From Octopus vulgaris (lineage: Eukaryota), in the NCBI GenBank assembly GCA_951406725.2, contig OX597829.1:54684001-54748000 (forward strand): a stretch of DNA of 64,000 bases, given 5' to 3'. Position 1 is the first letter of the stretch. The number at the start of each line of letters is the position of its first letter. A model generated the notes under the pieces. That model saw only the letters and a program-made list of their open reading frames with translations, ran no database searches and was not told the DNA's origin. Of the stretch, positions 26,001-37,900 are shown piece by piece. Made by a program: the position numbers and the translations under genes.

Positions 26001-29000
26001 CTATAGCCTCGGGCCGACCAATGCCTATGTGATGGATATATATATATATATATATATATATAAGCCTATATATATATATGTGTGTGTTGTGTGTCTGTGT
26101 TTGTCCCCCTAGCATTGCTTGACAACCGATGCTGGTGTGTTTACGTCCCCGTCACTTAGCAGTTCGGCAAAAGAGACCGATAGAATAAGTACTGGACTTA
26201 CAAAGAATAAGTCCCGGGGTCGATTTGCTCGACTAAAGGCGGTGCTCCAGCATGGCCGCAGTCAAATGACTGAAACAAGTAAAAAAGTATTAAAAAAAAA
26301 GATATAGTAGAATTATGGAAACAACAGGGAAAACTCTAATATTTTGGATAGAATATGAACTCCCCAAAACAATTGCCTCTAAAATGGCTTGGTTGGGGGT
26401 GGTAGTGGTGGAGAAAAGACCTTATTTTGGACAGCTTAACTGTACAACCAACAGCAGTAATATTATTATTTTTTAATCAAATCAGATTGCAAATCAAACA
26501 TCTAATCAACTATAATCTAGATTTTCTAGTGGTGAGGGATGGCTTAAAAGATTTAAAAGTTGAGGCTTTCTACTTAATAAGAAGTTGCATGGTCAAAAGT
26601 TGATTGAATGGTAAGGAAATATAAAAGGAGACTTTCATATCAAGGGAAACATTTTTAATGACTTCAAGGTATCTAAAGATCAAACTACATAGTTGATAAA
26701 TGGCTGTATGGTAAGAAATTAACTTCCCATACACAGGGTTCCAGGTTCAATCTCACTGTTTTGCACCATGGGCATGTGTCTTCTTCTACAACCTTGGGCC
26801 TTGCAATGGATATGTAGAGGATTTGATAATCAGAAACTGAGAGAAGCCTCTGTGTGTGTGTGTGTGTTAATGTCTACTTGTCTTGACATTACATAATGCT
26901 GTAGGTGAAAGTCATTTATTTCCAATATTCTGTACAAACATACCTGACCATTGGGAAATATTACTTTGATCGGAAACAGGTTAGGGTTAGCAACAGGAAG
27001 GGCATCAAGCTGTAGAAAATCTGCCTCAGTAAAGTCAGTCCAACCAATGCAAGCAAGGAATAGGGGATGTTAACCCTTTTGTTACCCTATTTCTGTTGAT
27101 ATGCTCTGTGTTTCTTCCAGTTAACTTTAAATATAACAAAGAATTTAGTAAAATCACTTAGTTACCATTAAGCTAGTGTTAGGAACATAAATTGTGACTA
27201 AGATTTGGTGGAAGATTTTAATTCAGAACTTTTGAAAACAAGACATTTGTACTAGAGAGCCAGAGGTGGTTTCAGCCAGGTTGATATCAAAAGGGTTAAA
27301 TACTGATGACTGGCTTCTGTGCCGGTGGCACATAAAAAGCACCATCTGAACATTGCTAGCGCCGCCTTGGCTGGCTTCCGTGCCGCTGGCACGTTAAAAG
27401 CTCCAACCGATCGTGGCCGATGCCAGCCTCCCCTGGCACCTGTGCCGGTGGTACGTAAAAAGCACCCACTACACTCGCGGAGTGGTTGGCGTTAGGAAGG
27501 GCATCCAGCTGTAGAAACTCTGCCAGATCAGACTGGAGCCTGGAGCAGCCCCTGGCTTCCCAGACACCGGTCGAACCGTCCAACCTGTGCTAGCGCGGAA
27601 AACGGATGTTAAACGATGATGAAGATGATGATGTGCACCTATTAAAATGCTGAGTTTACTCTCTATTTCTACTCTGTTTCATGTCGTTGATCACATGACT
27701 GCTGTATTATCAATGATCTCAGATTACAATAAATAATGGTAACACTCCACTTAGAAACGGAGTCTTTATTACAGAGGAAGAGTGTAATGATATATCGTAG
27801 TGTTGAGATTACTAATCTAAGTTTTGTGAATGTCCTTGCTAATCACATGACTAAGGTTGACCGAGAAGTGTAACTATGGAAGACCTAGCAATGCATAAGC
27901 AGTAATTACATTGCAACTGTGTGATTATTGAGAGAGCAGATTTAGAAAATATATCTCAGTAAAAAAAAAGAAACAACTTATATATAAAAATAATAGAATA
28001 ATAAAATTTTAAAAACCGTAGGTATGGTTAAGGAGCTTGCTTACTAGCTATGTGGTCTCGGGTTCAGTCCCATTGCACAGCACCTTGGGAAAGTGTCTTC
28101 TATTATAATCTTAGGTCGACCAAAACCTTGTGAGTGGATTTGGTTGATGGAAACTGAAAGAAGTCTGTCGTGTGTGTGTATATATATATATCATCACCAA
28201 GTATTTGTGTATATTTTGTCCCTCACCATTGCCAGCTTGGCAACTGGTGTTGGTTTGTTTACATCTCCATAACTTAGTAGTTCAGGAAAAAGAAACCAAT
28301 AGAATAAGTGTTGGAGTTTAAATTGTTTGACTAAAATCCTTCGAGGCAGTGCCCTTGCATGGCTGCCATCCAATGACTGAAACAAGTAAAAGGTAATTAA
28401 TTACTGCTGCATTAACAGCATCTCAATGCCATGCTGCGTTGCAGAATAATATCTACAACAAAAATTTTGCTTTGATAATAATTTATTAACATTGATAGTG
28501 ATAATGTTGCTACATCATTAACATGGCAGACCAATTAACACAACCCTAGTTATAATATTGCATGGACTTTAGCATATTAGTAGCTGTGATGTCATTTAGG
28601 GATTGTTGTTTTTACTTTCATTATCTCACAAGCTCACTCAATATAGCTTTATTACATATTGTTTGCATCTTTCTGAAAATCTATAGCAGTTCTAAATTAA
28701 ACAAGTGTGAACTTGATTTAGCTGGCTCTTAACTGTTTTGAATAACAGAGCTATTTTACATCTTAGATCTCCAATCTGAGATAACAAAATCTTGTTTCTT
28801 TTTTTTTTATCAGTCACAGATGCCCAAACAATACCCAGTCAAATGCACATCCTTCTCTCCTTTGTATTAAAAAGTAAAGCAAAGAATTATCTTTCCACAG
28901 ACATAACTGAAAATATTAATATATAATGAAAAATTAGTGTTTTCTTGAAACAATTTCCACATATTTGCATATATATTGCATATCTTTAGAAAATTCTCTT

Positions 29001-31395
29001 AACCTTTTTGGTCCCAACCTACCTGAAACTATTCCTAGTTTTATGATGCAAACTTCCTGTTGTAAAGTGATTTAAATAAAAACCTACCATCAAAATTTCA
29101 TGTTGTTTGTGTTCCAGCTTTATAATCACAAAATGATTTTACTAAATACTTCATTGTTTTCAAAATTACTTGAAATGAAGGCAAGTGTATACAAAAAGAA
29201 ATCTGCCATTAAAAGGGTTGAACCAAATTTTTCTATCTTAAATCTAATGATATTAAGATTTAAAATAGCGATACAAAAATTATTTCCTTTTATAAGAAAC
29301 AGGATTGGTGTCGAGTCAGTACATCATCATCATTTGACGTGTTTTCCATACTGGTATAGGTTAGTGGTTTCCAAAGTGGGCGATTTTGTCCCCCTGGGGG
29401 TGGTGGAAAATTCCATGGAGGCATTGAAGAAAAATGGGGCAATAATGGGGTAGCGATTCATGTAAAAAGTGGGGCAATGACAGGGTAACGATTCTTGTAA
29501 AAAAAAAATGGGGCGATAATGGGGGTAGCAATTCATGTAAAAACAACAAAATAATGGGATCATTAGGTTAAGTTTTATTTGTGAAAAACAGTTGCTTTGA
29601 ATTTGCTTCAGAAAGAGGTCTATGTTTAGTTGGTTAGTTGGGGTGTCAAGAGGGTGGCAACCTGAAAAAGTTTGAGAACCATAGGGTTAGACAGTTTGAC
29701 TAGAGCTGGCAAGCCGGAGGACTGCACTGGGCTCCAGTTGTTTACTTTGGCATGGTTTCTATGACTGGATGCCCTTCCTAACACCAACCGCTTCATAGAG
29801 TGTACAGGATGCTTTTTATGTGGCACCAGCTCACTCCTGAATGAAAATGTTGATCTACATATGAATAATTTATTTTACTTTATAGATATACAGAGAAAGA
29901 AATACTTTTCTAGTCTTGAAATACATGAAAATACTATATTCTCATCATACAAATACACAGAAATGAACACAGTCTACAAGGATGTTTTTTTAATATTTAC
30001 AATGTGTATTACATTTATATAGAGGCGCAATGGCCTAGTGGTTAGGGTTGTAGGATCGCGGTTTCGATTCCCAGACTGGGCGTTGTGAGTGTTTATTGAG
30101 CGTAAACGCCTAAAGCTCCACGAGGCTCTGGCAGGGGGTGGTAGGGATCCCTGCTGTACTCTTTCACCACAATTTTCTTTCACTCTTTCTTCTGTTGGCC
30201 TGCTTGCTTAGCCAGCGGGGTGGCGTCATTTGAAGGCTTAAACAATGCAAAGCGCATTGTGACCAGCGATGTGTAGCAACATCTGATAGCCTGGTCGGTC
30301 ACGGTGATTACATTTATATGAAATCTGAAGACTTGAGTGTTTACATTTTAAATGTCTTAAAACATGGACATAATTAAAATAATCTGACTTGTAAATCATT
30401 CATTGTTCTATTTACTGTTTGCTTAAATAATTTTTTTAGAACCTTCAATTATGGTTATACTTAATGTTTAAAATATTCTTACTTTATCCTTTTTGTTTTC
30501 CCTCTCATATTCCAGATCGCCATTTTGAAATAACATTTAAGACTGCTGATGATTCAAGTTTAGCATTAACAAAGTATGGCGAATTCTTATATGATAACTT
30601 GATTATTTTTTCTCCTTCTGTGGAAGGTAAGTCTTCATTTTAATAAATCAATCATTTTGTTACTATTACTACTGATATGTAATAATACTTAGATTTAATA
30701 TTGTTCATTTTTTGAAAGCTTTGAACGAAACTTCCTTTTTAAGGAATGTAATGTCCATTCTTTAGATTATATAGTGAAATGTTGGAATGAAGGTAGCATT
30801 TATTAAGATTGTTATTTCTCTTGTTTGATATTCGAATTCTCATAGTTGGACTTTGGATTTTAGATTATGAACTGTTAAAAGAATGGTGTTATATTAATTT
30901 TGGATTTTCATGGTGAGGATTTTGGTTGGGTTGTGTAGTTCTTATGAACATTTGAACCCTTTTGCAAAGAAAGCCTAAATCACATCGGTTCTCGTGTGAC
31001 TTAAATATCTTAAATATTAATACCTTCAAGTGATAGTTATAGTGAATAAAATTTATTTTGTTTTACATTTATACTAACACAGACATTTTTTTTTTTTTAA
31101 TCTTCAAAATTTTTACTAAAATATTATCATTTTCAGAATTTGGAGGCTCAATTGATGTGGCTGCCATCACAAACTTCATTGACAACGGTGGCAATGTTTT
31201 AGTTGCAGCAAGTTCTTCTATTGGTATGGAAAAAAATTTTTCTGCAGTTCTCTTAAATTGAAACTTTTATTAATTTAAGAGTTTACAAATGTAAATATAA
31301 AAGAAAGCAAATAAGTAGCAAGACCAGGTTCAAGTCAAACCCTCATTATCCACTTATTTATTTATTTCTCCCCCTCTCTCATATGTGTGTGTGTG

Positions 31396-31430
<35 letters not shown>

Positions 31431-31898
31431 TTTATGTTCAGTTATAATAAAAACAATTTTACTATAATCTGATGGGTTTACTCTATACTTTTGTAGAGTA
31501 CAAATATTATTATTCTTAAACAAGAATGTTGCTGACAGTGACTTCAAAGTTTCGATCAGTTAAGCCATCAATGTTGAGTACTACAGCTTCTTCAAAGCAG
31601 TTCTTGAAATAGTAATTGTGTGGTTGTGGGGTTGGGGAGAGGAGAAGGGAGTGCTGGGAAGTGGCAGAGGTTGACAAAGAATTGCTCAGAAATGAGAGTG
31701 ACGGATGGCACTATAGATGGGGTTAAGTTAAGTGCATGGGGCTACAGACATAACACTGCAGTCTCTTACACACACACACACATATATCTGTAAGATAGCA
31801 GGTCAAAATCCTGAAGTCATTGTCATCTGTTCCCTTGTAAAAAGTTTAATAAACATGTATTGAGGAATTCTTCAGTTTAATACACACACACACACACT

Positions 31899-31947
<49 letters not shown>

Positions 31948-34900
31948 GCGTGTGTGTTTGTACATTTAGGCATATATTTATATGTGAATGTGTATATGTT
32001 TTTAGGTGACCCTCTACGTGAAATTGCTACGGAATGTGGTGTTGAATTTGATGAAGAGAAGACTGCCGTCATTGACCATTTGAACTATGATGTTTCTGAT
32101 GGAGGAAAGGTATATTTTCATTCTTTATTATTCATCATAACAATTAGCATTGTAGAAATTCATACAATATTTTGGTTTTCAGAATCCTAATTTTAGACTG
32201 AAAAATTTGAAAAGATTAGTAAACTATAAATAAGAATATGCACAAAGGTAAATGCATAAGCTGTAATAGTCATCATAATCATCATTGTTTAATGTCTGCC
32301 TTCCGTGCTGGCATGGGTGGGATGGTTTTGATAGTTGCCAGCCAGGCAGGAGCCTGCACCAGACTTCTGTGTCTGCTTTGGCAGGGTTTTTACAGTTGGA
32401 TGCCCTTCCTAACACCAACCACCCAACAGAGTGGACTGAGTGCTTTTTATGTGGCACAAGCACAGGTGAGGTCAGTTTTGGTGTGGTTTTTACAGCTGGA
32501 TGCCCTTCCAAATACCAACCACTTTGCAGGGTGGACTGGATGTTTTTTAAGTGGTACCTGCACTGACAGGGTCACCAAGTACCTTGCAAGACAAGAAAAT
32601 AAACTGTTAAGACAAGGTAAACTCACTGATTGTTAATCTCTGATTTGCAGACATTAAGTATTGTTTCATTATCATCATTGTCTTAACATCCACTTTTTCA
32701 TGTTTGCAGAGGTCGAATATAGAAATAAATTTTCTATGTCCCAATGATGCCCTACCTGTCACTGATCTCTGTTTCCAAGCAAGTTAATATTTCCCCCATG
32801 GCTAGACATGTTCTCATAGAATATTGGAAATAAATCACATTTGCTTATATGATAGTGATGCTCTTTTAAAAAGTATCACACTACGCAAAGACAAGGACAT
32901 ACATACACAAACACACATATGACATATGGCAAGCTTCTTTCAGTTTCCGTCTACCAAATCTGTTCACAAGACTTTGGTCAGCCTGGAAGACACCTGTCCA
33001 AGATGCCATGCAGTGGGATGGAATCCGAAACCAGCTGTGTGCTTAAGAAGTTTGATAAGCAAACCTCTTCATTATGCAGCTGTGCTTCTACTTGCTAGAT
33101 TACATAAAAAGTTGATTTATATTCTTCCTCAGTCTTTGCCAGTATGGAACATGGATGTTAAAGGATTATGATGGTGGGCATTCAGTAAACTTATGGTTGC
33201 CAAGATATTTTTTAACATAAAGGATTTAACCTTCAATTGCTCCCTATTATTGTGTACCTGTAACAGTCAGACAATACTACCTTTGTTAAACTTAGTCACA
33301 TTAGATACTAAAGTATTCGGCAGGATGCCTTCCTTTTAGAGAAAGTTATAAAGAGACAATTTTTCTGTTTTGTCTGTTAAATTTTTTGTTAAAAAAACAT
33401 TTCAATGTTCATGTCATTTATGTTTGTTGTTTTACTTTAGCATACTCTCATAGTTGCTGATTCAAGCAATTTGCTGGATGCTCCAATGATTGTCGGAAAA
33501 AAATCAACAGACCCCTTGTTGTTCCAAGGTGTTGGGTATGTGTATTTGTTTTTTCTTCCTTTTTTTGCTTATTTTTACCCAGATATCTATTTGGTTGTAT
33601 TTTTATTGAAACTTTTGGAATTGCTAATTCTCAGAATTTTAGATATTTTACATTAAATTAAGTTTCAACCAGTTTCAAATGGCAGAGTGTTGTCCATTGA
33701 GACAATGTTCACATATTCATCATCATCATTTAGCATCCATCTTTCCATGTTGGCATGGGTTGGACAGTTTGACAGGAGCTGGCCAGGCAGAAGACTGCAC
33801 TAGACTTTCTGTGTCTGTTTTGGCCTGGTTTTCACAGTTGGATGCCCTTCCTAACACCAACCACTCTGCAGAGTGAACTCAGTGCTTTTTACGTGGCACC
33901 AGCATAAGTGAGGTTGGTTTTGGCTTGGATTTTTTTTTTTACAGCTGGATTCCCTTCCAAATGTCAGCCACTTTACAGAGTGGACATGTTACTGATGCTA
34001 AACTAGGAGCCGACTGTATGCTGCTTGGCCATTATATTATTTCTGCTTTAATTATGATAGCTCCAGAAATGAACCCAATATTTACCATTATAATATACCA
34101 ACAGTATATATAGAAATATATATGCACATTTATATATCTGGGCAGTTCTCATAATCTTTATAAACGTGAGACAGTGAGATTAAAGCAGTTAGTGTTCAGT
34201 TTGAATATCTATAAGGTCAATGTCTAAAGTGGGCAATGCTGAAATATTCCTGTGAATTAAAGTGTTAAATGTTGGGCACGATAAAGTGAATAGAAGAAAT
34301 TGATGAGTTGAGAGAGAGAGTGTGTGTGTGTGTGTGTATGTGGTTAACTTGTTCAGATATGCAGAGGTCCATGTAGAAGATTACAGCAACAGCAGGGGAA
34401 GATGTTGAAGTACAAATCTTTAAAATGAATATATCGAATTGTTGCAGTTGTGTGTGTGTGCTGTCATTTATTGATATTACTGACTGTATCAAACTTTTGA
34501 TTTCACAATATTTCAGAATGATAGCTGACTCTGAAAATCCTCTTGTTCTAAATGTTCTTCATGGATCTTCCACAGCTTATTCGTTTAACCCAAACAACAA
34601 AATCGATGAGGTTAGTGTTTCAAACTGCTTTTTTTTTTCACTACATTGATTTAAAATGGTTACTTTAAAATGTTTTACACAATTTTCTTTTTTTCATATA
34701 TATAAGCGATAACTAAGAGGAGAGTGGAGATTTATTCACATCCAAAACCCCTCTCTCTCTCTTTCGGAGAGGCACTGAGCAGCTATACGCACACATACAC
34801 ACACGGCAGTAACATCCACCTATCGAATTCAATCACAAAGCTTTGGTCGGCTTGGGGCTATAGCGGAAGACACCTACCTAAAGTGCCACGCAGTGGGACT

Positions 34901-37900
34901 GAACCCAAAACCATGTAGCTAGGAAGCAAGCTCCCGAACTACACAGCCCTTAATTAAAAAGTTTTCTACAGCATATATAACACTGGCCAATATATGTTTC
35001 TACTACAGCAACTTATACCCTGCTCTGTATGCAATTATGCATGTTAGTCGCTGCAATTTCATCAAGGGTCCATCACTTACGATGTTTTTAAAGTGAATTA
35101 GTTCAAACAAGCTTCCTGCATTGGTATTCAGTTGAAGGTTATGGTGTTACTTTTACAATCAAATTGAATTCCGGTCTTATAATCACCTCTGCTGGTTTTA
35201 CAGTTCAATCATGGCTTATAAAATGTTCATTCATATTACAATCAATTGTAGCAGTTTTGTTTACATTTTACTGTATGGAGTACGTTATTTGTTCACAGTT
35301 AATTTTCACTTGTGTTTGGGTTTATGCCCCCAGTTAAAATATACATATATGCTTGCATAGTAGATGGGTGGCTTATTTGTCATTCATTTATAGCCGAATG
35401 TTCTTTTTACCACAAACCACTCAACTGCTTTAATGTTGGAACCAGTTAGATCCAGCCTCTCACACCAACCTTACAATGTCGTTCTAAAAACAAACAATCA
35501 CATCAAAATCTCAAAGCTATGAGACAATGCATGATTAATTCAAAATAGTGTGAATAAATAAGCATTACATTTGACAGTGAAGGCACCTGGCTCAGTGGTT
35601 AGCATCGGGCTCACAGTCATGAGGTAGTGAATTCAATTCCTGGACTGGGCTGTGTGTTGTGTTCTTGAGCAAGACACTTTATTTCACATTGCTCCAGTTC
35701 ACTCAGCCGTAGAAATGAGTTGCAACGTCGCTGGTACTAAGCTGTATCGGCCTTTGCCTTTTCCTTGGATAACATCAGTGGCATGGAGAAGAGAGACTTG
35801 TATGCATGGGTGATTGTTGGTCTTCCATAAACAACCTTGTTTGGACTTGTGCTTCAGAGGGGAATGCTCTAGATGCAATTCATGGCCAAAGGGTTCTTTA
35901 TCTTTACCCTAACATTTGACAATAATTTGAGTACTTGAAGGTTAAACCTGGAAGAACAAGGTTTTCTATGGGTTTTTTTGTTCGTTTGTTCTTTGTTTTT
36001 GTGGGTTGTTGGGTGGTGGATGTTTTCATGTTTCACTTTGTTTGAAATGTAAAATACTTGTGTTATTCAATCCTAGGTTAGTGATTAATACGTTTACTTT
36101 TGTGGAACTTATACATCATACACTAAATGAACACAGATTCCATTAAAATGGTCAGAGTAAAATTAGATGAAATATCATCAACTCAAAGATGATAAAAGAT
36201 TTCTTCTTAATAAATTCACCAGATCCAATCAAAATACAGAGCTGAATATATACTTGTGATATCATTCACAAAGGGATTACCTGTCTATATTTAAGAGATG
36301 AGGAATTATGTACATTATTTACATTTGACAGATATTTGTCCTCATCTTGTTTGTTGTTAACAACAAACAAGATGAGGACAAATATCCATCAAATGAAAGT
36401 AATGTAAATATTCAGTGTGAGAGAGTTCAAATAATGATTGTGCTTTATCTGAATTTCCAAGATGAAGAATTATCATTTTTTAGACTAATGACCTCATTTT
36501 GGTTGTTATTCTTTTACTGCTTCAGTCATTTGACTGACTGCAGCCATGCTGGAGCACCAGTCTTAAAAGAGTTTTTTAGTTGAAGAAATCAACCCCAGGA
36601 CTTATTTTTTGTAAACCCAGTACTTATTCTATCGGTCTCCTTTGCTGAACTGCTAAGTTATGAAAACATAAACACACCCACATTGGTTGTCAAGTGATGG
36701 GGGGGGGGGGCAAATATAGACACACACACACACACACATAGATATATACATATATATACGACAGGCTTCTTTCAGTTTCCATCTACCCAATCCACTCACA
36801 AAGCTTTGATTGGCCTGAGGTTATAGTAGAAGACACTTGCCCAAGGTGCCATGCAAGTGGGACTGAACCTGGGACCATGCGGTTGGGAAGCAAGCTACTT
36901 ACCAAACAGCCACGCCTGCACCTAGTTATAGTTACAAAATTTTGGCCATGTTACCCATTTCTTCTTCTTCAAATGTCTCTTATTATATTTGGTAAAATTC
37001 TCAGAAATTTTAACCAAACTTTTTGTTCCATTCATGTTCCATTGACCTTGTCTGGGATATTCTTGTACATGATTTGATATTTGGATTTTTCAGTTTCCCC
37101 ATGCTGTCGGCAAGAATACTCTACTTATTGCTGCTTTGCAAGCAAGGAACAATGCCAGAGTTGTATTTGTTGGCTCTCTAGATTTTTTCAGTGACCAGTT
37201 TTTCACGGCGCCTGTTCAGAAAGCTAGTGATGGAGTACGGTAGGTGATTCTTTTAATTCTTTCAATACATTTGAAATTATTTTTTCATCAAAAGAAATAA
37301 TTCTATAAATAATTTATTATAATTACATTTTTAAAATTTTATTTACTTAATTTAGTGTTGAGAAATCTGGCAATCAAGAACTTGCAGGCAATTTAGCTGA
37401 ATGGGTTTTGAAGATGAAAGGAGTTTTACGAGTTCGCAAAGTATCCCATCATATTTCTGGCAAAACCACCCCACCTCCTGCATATACAATTTTGGATGAT
37501 GTTGTAAGTAATATGTGTCTTAATAACAACTAGGAAAAAAAGATTCATGATAGTTGATTAAATTAAATTTTAACACAAGTTATTTTCTCAAGTTATCGAC
37601 ATCGGTTGCTCATTTTCTAAAACAACTTTTCATTGATCTGAACTTTTATTGAAATTAGTGAAGCCTTTATATCACCACTCTCAACATTTTTTAATAGTCT
37701 TTTTAATGGTAGCTAATCAAATTTAGCGTCCCTCTCTCCCTATATATATATGCATACACATCGGGCATATTTAAAAAGAAAATAAACATCAGATACGTAG
37801 ATTGTAATTATTCCCAAGAGTATCTTGAATATTATTGTATAGTCATTAATTAATTAACATCTTGGTTTGTACGTTGAAAATGTGCTTATGTTAGGTTACA

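Noticed and set aside
27303-27340. Hammerhead ribozyme at CTGATGA (also 12724, 59256, 62963)
   Set aside because: Could not find a correctly placed GAAA with the three required stems; at 27303 it is a decayed (GAT)n tail
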